DNA of 64,000 nucleotides, from contig CM121343.1 of assembly GCA_051530055.1 (NCBI GenBank), forward strand, positions 6,976,389-7,040,388, written 5' to 3'. How positions within the stretch are numbered: position 1 is the first letter of the stretch; each line of letters opens with the position of its first letter. This document shows, piece by piece, positions 38,501 through 48,319 of the stretch. The position numbers were made by a program, and so were the translations under genes. Origin of the DNA: Neoechinorhynchus agilis (lineage: Eukaryota; Animalia; Acanthocephala). Under the pieces are notes generated by a model. That model saw nothing but the letters and a program-made list of their open reading frames with translations, searched no databases and was not told the DNA's origin.

Positions 38501-41301
38501 TCCGCTGTGCATTGAGGCAATGATCCTTATTTATTGAAATCAAAATATAAATCGATTGGCATCTTTACACTGGAGGAAATAGCTCGCTGGATTGCGATAT
38601 TCTGGGTGAAGAAAGCTGCCAATCCTTCTTCGACATCGTTCGACCTCGCCCATCAGGTTCAGCGCCGACTATCCAATGGCCCACGAACCTCTGCTCAAAA
38701 AGGAACAAAGTTGAAATCTGCTGAAAGCTCTCTATATTTTGGCAGTTGAAGGCCCGCGATTAAACCTCAGCGCTCATTCTAAGCTCATTTTACCTCAGGG
38801 AAATGCGCTTTGCATTGAGGCAAAGATCCTTATTTATTGAAATCAAAATATAAATCGATTGGCATCTTTTCGCTGGTGGAAATAGCTCCCTGGATTGCAA
38901 TGTTCTGGGTGAAGAAAGCTGCCAATCCTTCTTCGACGTCGTTCGACCTCGCCTATCAGGTTCAGCGCCGACTATCCAATGGCCCACGAACCTCTGCTCA
39001 AAAAGGCACAAAGTTGAAATCTGCTGAAAGCTCTCTATATTTTTGGCAGTTGAAGGCCCGCGATTAAACCTCAGCGCTCATTCTAAGCTCATTTTACCCT
39101 CAGGGAAATGCGCTTTGCATTGGGGCAAAGATCCTTATTTATTGAAATCAAAATATAAATCGATTGGCATCTTTACACTGGTGTAAATAGCTCGCTGGAT
39201 TGCGATATTCTGGGTGAAGAAAGCTGCCAATCCTTCTTCGACATCGTTCGACCTCGCCCATCAGGTTCAGCGCCGACTATCCAATGGCCCACGAACCTCT
39301 GCTCAAAAAGGAACAAAGTTAAAATCTGCCGAAAGCTCTCTATATTTTGGCAGTTGAAGGCCCGCGATTAAACCTCAGCGCTCATTCTAAGCTCATTTTA
39401 CCCTCAGGGAAATGCGCTTTGCATTGAGGCAAAGATCCTTATTTATTGAAATCAAAATATAAATCGATTGGCATCTTTACACTGGAGGAAATAGCTCGCT
39501 GGATTGCGATATTCCGGGTGAAGAAAGCTGCCAATCCTTCTTTGACGTCGTTCGACCTCGCCCATCAGGTTCAGCGCCGACTATCCAATGGCCCACGAAC
39601 CTCTGCTCAAAAAGGAACAAAGTTGAAATCTGCTGAAAGCTCTCTATATTTTTGGCAGTTGAATGCCCGCGATTAAACCTCAGCGCTCATTCTAAGCTCA
39701 TTTTACCCTCAGGGAGATGCGCTTTACACGATGAATTTTTATTTATTGAAATCAAAATATAAATCGATTGGCATCTTTACACTGGAGGAAATAGCTCGCT
39801 GGATTGCGATATTCCGGGTGAAGAAAGCTGCCAATCCTTCTTCGACGTCGTTCGACCTCGCCCATCAGGTTCAGCGCCGACTATCCATTGGCCCACGAAC
39901 CTCTGCTCAAAAAGGAACAAAGTTGAAATCTGCTGAAAGCTCTCTATATTTTTGGCAGTTGAATTCCCGCGATTAAACCTCAGCGCTCATTCTAAGCTCA
40001 TTTTACCCTCAGGGAAATGCGCTTTGCATTGAGGCAAAGATCCTTATTTATTGAAATCAAAATATAAATCGATTGGCATCTTTACACTGGAGGAAATAGC
40101 TCGCTGGATTGCGATATTCTGGGTGAAGAAAGCTGCCAATCCTTCTTCGACATCGTTCGACCTCGCCCATCAGGTTCAGCGCCGACTACCCAATGGCCCA
40201 CGAACCTCTGCTCAAAAAGGAACAAAGTTGAAATCTGCTGAAAGCTCTCTATATTTTTGGCAGTTGAAGGCCCGCGATTAAACCTCAGCGCTCATTCTAA
40301 GCTCATTTTACCCTCAGGGAAATCCGCTGTGCATTGAGGCAAAGATCCTTATTTATTGAAATCAAAATATAAATCGATTGGCATCTTTACGCTGGTGGAA
40401 ATAGCTCGCTGGATTGCAATATTCTGGGTGAAGAAAGCTGCCTATCCTTATTCGACGTCGTTCGACCTCGCCCATCAGGTTCAGCGCCGACTATCCAGTG
40501 GCCCACGAACCTCTGCTCAAAAAGGAACAAAGTTGAAATCTGCTGAAAGCTCTCTATATTTTTGGCAGTTGAAGGCCCGCGATTAAACCTCAGCGCTCAT
40601 TCTAAGCTCATTTTACCCTCAGGGAAATCCGCTGTGCATTGAGGCAAAAGATCCTTATTTATTGAAATCAAAATATAAATCGATTGGCATCTTTACACTG
40701 GTGGAAATAGCTCGCTGGATTGCAATATTCTGGGTGAAGAAAGCTGCCAATCCTTCTTCGACGTCGTTCGACCTCGCCCATCAGGTTCAGCGCCGACTAT
40801 CCAGTGGCCCACGAACCTCTGCTCAAAAAGGAACAAAGTTGAAATCTGCTGAAAGCTCTCTATATTTTTGGCAGTTGAAGGCCCGCGATTAAACCTCAGC
40901 GCTCATTCTAAGCTCATTTTACCCTCAGGGAAATGCGCTTTGCATTGAGGCAAAGATCCTTATTTATTGAAATCAAAATATAAATCGATTGGCATCTTTA
41001 CACTGGTGGAAATAGCTCGCTGGATTGCAATATTCTGGGTGAAGAAAGCTGCCAATCCTTCTTCGACGTCGTTCGACCTCGCCCATCAGGTTCAGCGCCG
41101 ACTATCCAATGGCCCACGAACCTCTGCTCAAAAAGGAACAAAGTTGAAATCTGCCGAAAGCTCTCTATATTTTTGGCAGTTGAAGGCCCGCGATTAAACC
41201 TCAGCGCTCATTCTAAGCTCATTTTACCCTCAGGGAAATGCGCTTTGCATTGGGGCAAAGATCCTTATTTATTGAAATCAAAATATAAATCGATTGGCAT
41301 C
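35529..41301. repeat. Satellite E: 19 copies of a ~305 bp monomer
   Basis: TTGAAATCAAAATAT at 35797, 36102, 36407 ... 40967, 41272. Confidence 0.98.
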
Positions 41302-41762
41302 GGGAAAAAGGTCCAGGATCAGCCTGGATTGGAGCAGAGCAAGAGAAATTTCTAAAATATAGAGAGCTTTCAACAGTTTTCAACTTTGTCCGCCTTTGAG
41401 TCACTCGTTATTAGGATTCGGTGAACTTCGAGTTCATCATCAGTTTGTTAATTATTAAAGGCACTGAAAAGTGATTGATTGGTTATTGTAAAGCCAGCGT
41501 TGTAATGTTCATAAAAAAATAAGACCGAAAGCGTTATAGGGGTCATATTTGGAAGCTTAGAATCAATAGAATATTGGTGAAGACGACTGAATATATTGTT
41601 TTATATTGATAGTAAAGAGATAACCGATCAATTGAACCCATTGTTCCGATGAACACTCATGATCCGTGATATGAGTGCATTTCAGGATGCGGATTCTTTC
41701 TTCCTCCATAATCTGCGAGTTCCCACGACTCGCTTCCTTTTTTTCTGATTCGCTCTTCTGGG

Positions 41763-42719
41763 ATGAATACGATTTTCCGTAGAACGTTACCGACGGTGCC
41801 ATTGTCTCGGTTGTTGTCCTTTTCGTCGGAAGCCACCAGGCATAACTTGCTCATTGGGCCTGAGACGAGGGTGATATGTCAAGGCTTCACCGGGAAGCAA
41901 GGAACCTTCCATTCGGAGCAGGCGATCAAATATGGCACTAAAATGGTTGGAGGCGTCTCACCCAAAAAAGCTGGTACAAAGCATCTCGATCTTCCCGTTT
42001 TTAAGACGGTTCACGATGCCGTCAATGCGACGGGTGCCACTGCATCGGTCATCTACGTCCCGGCGCCGGCAGCCGCTGACAGTATCCTGGAGGCGATCGA
42101 TGCAAGGGTGCCACTCATTGTCTGTATAACCGAAGGAATCCCTCAACATGATATGGTACGCGTTGTTCATACGTTGAATGGTCAAGTGTTTTCGAGATTG
42201 GTGGGTCCGAACTGTCCTGGTGTCATTAGTCCAAGTTCCCTCTGCAAAATGGGTATAATGCCCGCTCATATCCATAAACCCGGTTGTGTGGGGATTGTTT
42301 CTCGATCCGGAACCTTGACCTATGAAGCCGTCCATCAAACATCGTTGGAGGGCCTCGGACAATCTCTTTGTGTTGGAATCGGAGGAGATCCATTTAATGG
42401 TACTAATTTTATTGATGCTCTGAGTGTGTTCCTTAATGATGACAAAACTCACGCTATAATAATGATCGGCGAAATCGGTGGAAACGCCGAAGAACAAGCT
42501 GCGGAATTTTTGAAACAACATTCAATCAAAAAACCCGTCGTTGGTTTCGTCGCTGGGCGTACAGCGCCCCCTGGACGTAGAATGGGCCACGCTGGAGCTA
42601 TCATTTCAGGCAAACAAGGAACTGCTGAAGCTAAAATCGAGGCGCTTAGAAGTGCCGGTGTTACAGTTGCTAGCTCTCCCGCAGTCATGGGTAAAACACT
42701 CGCTCAAATAATGAAATGA
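41763..42719 (+). CDS. SUCLG1: Succinyl-CoA ligase alpha subunit, mitochondrial; intronless
   Basis: 318 aa ORF with [40 protein letters not shown] and phospho-His motif RRMGHAGA; Arg-rich N-terminal presequence. Confidence 0.98.
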   Translation: MNTIFRRTLPTVPLSRLLSFSSEATRHNLLIGPETRVICQGFTGKQGTFHSEQAIKYGTKMVGGVSPKKAGTKHLDLPVFKTVHDAVNATGATASVIYVPAPAAADSILEAIDARVPLIVCITEGIPQHDMVRVVHTLNGQVFSRLVGPNCPGVISPSSLCKMGIMPAHIHKPGCVGIVSRSGTLTYEAVHQTSLEGLGQSLCVGIGGDPFNGTNFIDALSVFLNDDKTHAIIMIGEIGGNAEEQAAEFLKQHSIKKPVVGFVAGRTAPPGRRMGHAGAIISGKQGTAEAKIEALRSAGVTVASSPAVMGKTLAQIMK

Positions 42720-42869
42720 TTTTTTATCCATCCTATTAAAAAATGACCGTTTCATTCGTGCACATTTGCAACCATGAGTGTAAAGTGATCGATCGGTAAA
42801 TTATTATCTATTAAAGACGTTCTGAGAACCTCGTCTGGTTCATCATCAGTGAGGTCCAAAGCGTCTGAT

Positions 42870-43058
42870 GGATCCGTCCTCCCCTTCGATTTCCGACTCC
42901 GTCATCCATTCCAAATTCCGGATCCGTCATCCACTCCGATTTCGGATCTGTCCTTCATCTTCTTCCTTCATCCACTCCAAATTCCGACTTCGTCATCCAT
43001 TCCATTTCCGGATCCATCATCCACTCCAAAATTTTCGGATCCGTGATCCCCTCCAATT
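42870..43058. repeat. Degenerate ~24 bp minisatellite (CGTCATCCAYTCCAAATTCCGGATC-like, ~7 copies)
   Basis: Repeated GGATCCGTCATCCA / TCCAAATTCCG motifs. Confidence 0.8.
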
Positions 43059-43455
43059 TCAGGTGGTCACGAGGACCCAGAAGTACACTGTTCCTCTTCT
43101 TTATCAAAATAAAACCTATTGTTTTTTTATATAACCATTTACCGCGGGTGTAGACTTCTAAACAATAATTCCTTTGCATTTTCCCCGGTACCTCCTCACA
43201 TATCGACAGATTGATGAAATGAAAATTAAGGTAATGAAAATGCCAATTTTAAGAGGTCTAATCGGTCGAAATCGATTTGATTAAGATTGTGCTTTCAAAA
43301 TTCATGATTTCCAAGCTCGATAAACCTTTTCATTATAAAGTGGAATCTGAGGAAACTGCATGAGTGTGGCTGACAAGCGTAGTGCATGTTCGAAGCAATT
43401 TTCTCGGCCTTTTAAACGTTAGAAGAAAACTAAATTGCGATATTTTGTTTTATTT

Positions 43456-43855
43456 TTTGTCAATTAATGATTTTATTTAACCAAAAGCAAGCATACATAA
43501 TTTATAGTTTCATCAACGCTCCTATTCATCGGTGTTGGCCAAAATGCTAGCCGCATTGCCCCGCTGCACCGCAATGCTTATTTTTTGCGCCAAGAACGAC
43601 GTCGATCTTGGCTCTCCAGTCGCCGCGTTGATTCGTTTCCCCAAGTCCTTCAGGAGGGCCAGTGCCGACCCTACCAAGGTACGTTTCCACACCGAAGGGG
43701 ACAAAATGGTAGTTTATGATTAGCTCCCTGTATTTTGAGCATTTCCGATCCTCTGCAGCCGTCGCCGCTCCTCCTGGACCTTTTTTTTCGAGTGGCCGAT
43801 GTTGGAGTTTGCCAACGTGTCCACACACGTTGCATCCCACAAGAAACATTTATGT
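43456..43855 (-). mobile_element. 5'-truncated CRE-clade non-LTR retrotransposon (restriction-like endonuclease C-terminus), two frameshifts
   Basis: Conceptual translation LWDATCVDTLA..AATAAEDRKCSKY..FVPFGVET..ALLKDLGKRINAATGEPRSTSFLAQKISIAVQRGNAASIL*, then AATAAA and an A-rich tail. Candidate 13 bp low-complexity TSD TTTTGTTTTATTT at 43443 and 43856. Confidence 0.85.
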
Positions 43856-43910
43856 TTTTGTTTTATTTGCTTTTAAGAAAATTCTATAATGTAGCTTAGG
43901 AAAACAATAA

Positions 43911-44185
43911 TCCGAAAAAAAATCCCTCCGCCGAAAGGAGGAAAGCGGAGAAATACAATGAGCTCAAACAAAATTACATTTTCCTTCCTTTCGGCGTGGA
44001 GACACAAGGGGCGCTGGGATCTTCGGTACGAAGCTTTTGTGCCGAACTCGGACGACGACTTGCAGCACAAACAGGGGAGCGACGCGAGAGGATTTTCCTG
44101 ATCCAAAGAATAAGCCTCGCAATCCAACGAGGAAATGCGGTCAGCGTCCGGGGGACGATTTAATCTAAAATTGTCCTTTAAAAAG
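43911..44185 (+). mobile_element. Second, distinct CRE-clade 3' fragment
   Basis: 43927-44163 translates SAERRKAEKYNELKQNYIFLPFGVETQGALG..ELGRRLAAQTGERRERIFLIQRISLAIQRGNAVSVRGTI*. Confidence 0.85.
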
Positions 44186-44403
44186 AAACAATAAAAAGAT
44201 TATTTACTATCTTTACAAATTTAACCCTGATTCGAGACATTGTGCAGTTTTACTCAGTAATGCTTAAATGAGTTTTATTTTTCGTTAAAATGACTCAAAG
44301 ATGCGGGCTCATTCCGGCTGTGCGATGAATCTTACTTTCAAGTGCAATACGTAAAATATACGATGTACAAAGTAGTCTTTACGATTTGGTGCTGGAACAA
44401 TAA

Positions 44404-45269
44404 ATGCCAGAATCCTCACAGACCATCTCAAACTGTAAGATAATTTACGCTGAGGATATTTCAATGATTTTACTCTTAGTAGATCTTGAACGCCAACTAC
44501 ATCATGATCTGGAATCCAAGAGAAAAGAACGCCATACTGCCGCCGAGCAAAAGCGAAGGGACGCAATTAAGGTTGTATCCACGAATTAGTAGAATGCTTC
44601 TAACGTTCACAGAAGAGAGGATTTGAACTATTGGCATCGGCTGTGCCTACGTGTCAGCCGGATGATCCCATTATATGCAATCGAATAACTAAGGCTAATA
44701 TTCTTCATAAGTGTTAGTGTTATCTGTCCAATTGCATTTTACAAAGCTTTTGTATAGCCATTGCTTACCTTGGGTCACTGCGTGAGGAAAAGAATAAGCT
44801 TACAACGGAATTGTTACTTCTGAAAAAAGATATTGCTTGTTGCGAAGGACTTGAGAAGTATATCGTAATTTGAGATTGACGATAGCCTTTTACATGGACT
44901 GATTTTCTTCTTGAAGGATATACAGAGAACTCATGAACGGCAATACAAGCTCAAAATCTAGATCAAACTGTTCAAAGAGAACCGAGGAAACAAAGTTTAT
45001 TATTTTTCGATCAATTTGCGACGAATTGTTCAGAAGTTTTGAACAAGAAGCAAGTTGCAACCACACCTTGAACTTGCATGAACTCATAAATCACATAATA
45101 ACTTGGATTGAAAATTACTGCAATCCAGAAGTGAGCCGTATTGACTATAAGAAACCTTATAAACCTATAATTTCTTCAGGCAATCAAAAATTCAGTGAAT
45201 TCAATCCTCTACACAGTTTTACCGATTCCCGGCTCTGACGCTACTCACTATGATCCATACAATTATTAA
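44404..45269 (+). CDS. MLX: Max-like protein X (bHLH-ZIP plus C-terminal DCD domain), 6 exons
   Basis: Exons 44404-44434, 44480-44571, 44613(or 44616)-44712, 44758-44857, 44917-45130, 45180-45269; introns 41-59 nt. Peptide HTAAEQKRRDAIK-RGFELL..VPTC..KANILHKSIAYL..EEK..KFIIFRSICDELFRSF..WIENYCNP matches the MLX layout. Confidence 0.93.
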
Positions 45270-45445
45270 GTAAAAATAGCTCTGAAAGATGGTCCTTTGT
45301 TGAAAATCGTTCAAATTAAAATGTGTTGAGACGAAATCTTTGTAATAATTTAATCGAGTTCTTATCCACGTGAGAAAATGCCGCTTTTTCCGAGTAAAAG
45401 CGGAAATATCGCCTCCCGCTAAAATTGCATTACTTTGCTGTGATT

Positions 45446-45733
45446 GTTTTATTTATCTTAATCGCATACACACAGGGTCTCACGACATGTCTTTGCAAGC
45501 TTTTCGGCTACATATCATTCTGGGAACCTCTCGACTAACACACATCAGAAGCGCTCAGCCGCACTCGAAGGGACAGGGCCAATCCTTTCCTGGGGTCTAG
45601 GAGCGATCTCAGACCTGACCCCGACCCTTCCAGCAGCCTCGCAACTCCCCTTGGAACCCAGCGACCAGTGGATTTGAACCAACGACATATCGAGCGCATT
45701 TTGAACGTACAAACCACCCGGCCACTGGGCCCA
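45446..45733 (-). mobile_element. tRNA-derived SINE (~288 bp) with 7 bp TSD
   Basis: Minus-strand head GGGCCCAGTGGCCGGGTGG (A box 45724-45714) ... GGTTCAAATCC (B box 45680-45670), GC-rich body, tail GATAAATAAAAC. TGTGATT at 45439-45445 and 45734-45740. Confidence 0.85.
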
Positions 45734-45890
45734 TGTGATTTCTCATTTGCGTTCAATCCAAAATGTTGATGTAGATCTTTGAACCCTTTTTTCATGTCTA
45801 AATTCCTCTGTGTTACTCTGAGAAAAGCAACTAATTTAGAATAATGTAACAAACTGGCTCAAAGGTACAGAGGATCCAAGAATGATTATT

Positions 45891-47151
45891 CTCTTGGTGA
45901 AAATAATCAATCGGTCATACCATATTTTTAGTTTATTTGAAATATTTCGAAAGAGGAAAGCTCACCTCATCAGTCATTGCTTGTAAGTTGTTGTTATGAA
46001 AGTGCCGAGGTTACCTCCTCCGAAATAGTTCAAATATCTTACGAGAGGTTGATTATTTTCACCAAAAGTATAATAAAATACCTCATCGACGGAGAAAATC
46101 CTTCGGGATAATCAAAGTATAATTTTGGTGAAAATAATCAATCGGTCATAACATATTTGAAATATTTCGAAGGAGGTAAGCTCGCCTCATCAAATGAGAA
46201 TAAAAACACTTTAACAATGACTGATGGGGGAGGTTACCTCCTTCGAAATATTTCAAATATATTATGAGAGGTTGATTATTTTCACAAAAAGTATAAAATA
46301 CCTCATCGACGGAGAAAATCCTTCGGGATAATCAAAGTATAATTTTGGTGAAAATAATCAACCGGTCATCACATATTTGAAATATTTCGAACGAAGTAAC
46401 CTCGCCTCATCAAATGAGAATAAAAACACTTTAACAATGACTGATGAGGGAGGTTACCTCTTTCGAAATATTTCAAATATATTATGACCGATTGATTATT
46501 TTGACCAAAATTATACTTTGATTACCCCGAAGGATTTTCTCCGTCGATGAAGTATTTTATTATACTTTTGATGAAAATAATCAATCGGTCATCATATATT
46601 TGAAATATTTCGAAATAGGAAAGCTCACTTGATCAGTCATTGCTTGTAAGTTGTTGTTATGAAAGAGGCGAGGTTTCCTCCTTCGAAATATTTCAAATAT
46701 ATGATGACCGATTGATTATTTTGACCAAAAGTATAATAAAATACCTCATCGACGGAGAAAATCCTTCGGGATAATCAAAGTATAATTTTGGTGAAAATAA
46801 TCAATCGGTCATAACATATTTGAAATATTTCGAAGGAGGTAACCTCGCCTCATCAAATGAGAATAAAAACACTTTAACAATGACTGATGGGGGAGGTTAC
46901 CTCCTTCGAAATATTTCAAATATATTATGACCGATTGATTATTTTGACCAAAATTATACTTTGGTTACCCCGAAGGATTTTCTCCGTCGATGAGGTATTT
47001 TAATTGTTAAGATATATTTCGAAAGCACAAGACCTTTTCGATGACTGATGAGACGGAGTTTCCTCTTTCGAAATATATCTTAAGAATAAAATACCTTTCA
47101 AAAGCGATTATTATCACACGACAATTCAAAATTTACCATCCCGAAGGATTT
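45891..47151. repeat. Zig-zag array of ~11-12 alternately inverted ~70 bp units, each derived from a hammerhead-like motif, joined by three spacer types
   Basis: Unit TTTTGGTGAAAATAATCAATCGGTCATA..ATTTGAAATATTTCGAAGGAGGTAACCTCGCCTCATCA alternates +/- at about 45895, 46005, 46123, 46221, 46343, 46441, 46566, 46665, 46787, 46884 and 47045. Confidence 0.9.
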
Positions 47152-47495
47152 TATGATATTTTTTTCCATAAAACCTTTAGGTGGGTGTTATCCTAAGTTA
47201 GGCTCTCGATCTTGTAATACGCAGATAAAAATTGATAGCAACAGTTCTAATCGAAGATAAAACGCTCCTCTAAGTGCTGAGAAGATATCTACCTTCTTTT
47301 ACGGTACAGGATGTGGCATTTTGAAGCACATAAACAACTTTTAAGACGTACAGAGCGATATTAGAATCTTGAAATACCTGGCTGCAGGAATTCGCTGCCA
47401 TTGCCCTTTCGAATAAAGATGTGCAAATGCTAACTAAACAACATTTTGTTCGTATTTTCGTGTAATGATAAATTTAAGGTCTTTAATTTCGTACT

Positions 47496-47581
47496 GATTA
47501 AAAGAATTCCGATGGGAACGGAGCAACATTTTTATCCTAGGATGAAGATGTTCCCCCTTTCCCATTGGAATTCTTTTAATC
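47496..47581. repeat. 86 bp loop-less imperfect palindrome centred on TCCT|AGGA
   Basis: Arms match at about 36 of 43 positions. Confidence 0.85.
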
Positions 47582-47828
47582 GATCTATAATAAAAATGTG
47601 TTACTTGAAATTTTCAGACGTTTTTATACTTTTACTTCGAAATAAACGTCTTAAAACAAAATTCTCGAATAAATCTCCCGGATGAAAACTTATTGTAAAA
47701 ACTAATCACGAATCGTTCTTCAAACGAAATCTATAAAATCACCTTTATTCCTTCATTTATATAAATTCATGTTTTTAAGTTTAATTACACTTGTGATATT
47801 TAAGAGTTGCAGTTGGTAATCAATTTTT

Positions 47829-47929
47829 TTGTTTTCGAAAATGGACAATTGGAAAGGTTGTTGTAATGACCAAAAAGAGAATCTTAATGATTACACCGTC
47901 CTCTTCCAAGTGTCCATTTTCGATAACAA
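47829..47929. repeat. ~100 bp imperfect hairpin (MITE- or pre-miRNA-like)
   Basis: TTGTTTTCGAAAATGGACAATTGGAA pairs with TTCCAAGTGTCCATTTTCGATAACAA; inner GTAAT/ATTAC pair. Confidence 0.7.
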
Positions 47930-48319
47930 GACTTGATTCTAAATCACGCGGATGGGAAACCAAGTAATTTTTTATAAGAGCAGTTGGTATTGGTAATCAA
48001 TATCCAATTAATAGATAAATCTCCCAAAATTCCGAACTTGACGATTGGTAATCTTCAAATTTGTTACACTTTGAAAAAAATCAAAACGATTTAGCACTTC
48101 ACATTCCTTGCCGCACTGAACTTTAAAGATCGATTTCCATTTAGACGATTGATATCATCCAGCTTATTGATACTTTTTTATTATTAGTTGTATTGAAGTA
48201 AAATAATTTCTACCCTTTTTTGGAGATAAAATTTGCAAAAATCATTATAATTTCATCGTTCGCGATGTAATTTTAAATTAATAATTTAAGCAAAAACATA
48301 ATAAACCAACATTTAAAGC

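Noticed and set aside
35797-41197. 76 aa ORF repeated in satellite E as a tandem gene array
   Set aside because: TTG start only, no recognisable domain, a stop (GTG TAA near 39184) and frameshifts in several copies, and many non-synonymous variants. The 305 bp period is not a multiple of 3. Best explained as amplified chance ORF.
35529-41301. Pol III A/B-box-like (TAGCTCGCTGG, GTTCGACC) and hammerhead-like (CTGATGG..GAAG) motifs in satellite E
   Set aside because: Several mismatches at invariant positions; no tRNA cloverleaf or helix I/III could be built.
41763-42719. Horizontal transfer of bacterial sucD
   Set aside because: Mitochondrial presequence and eukaryote-type motifs; no sucC neighbour.
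47190-47450. Minus-strand exon-like segments with 40 and 46 nt GT-AG gaps
   Set aside because: Two different frames splice equally well and neither peptide is recognisable; insufficient support.
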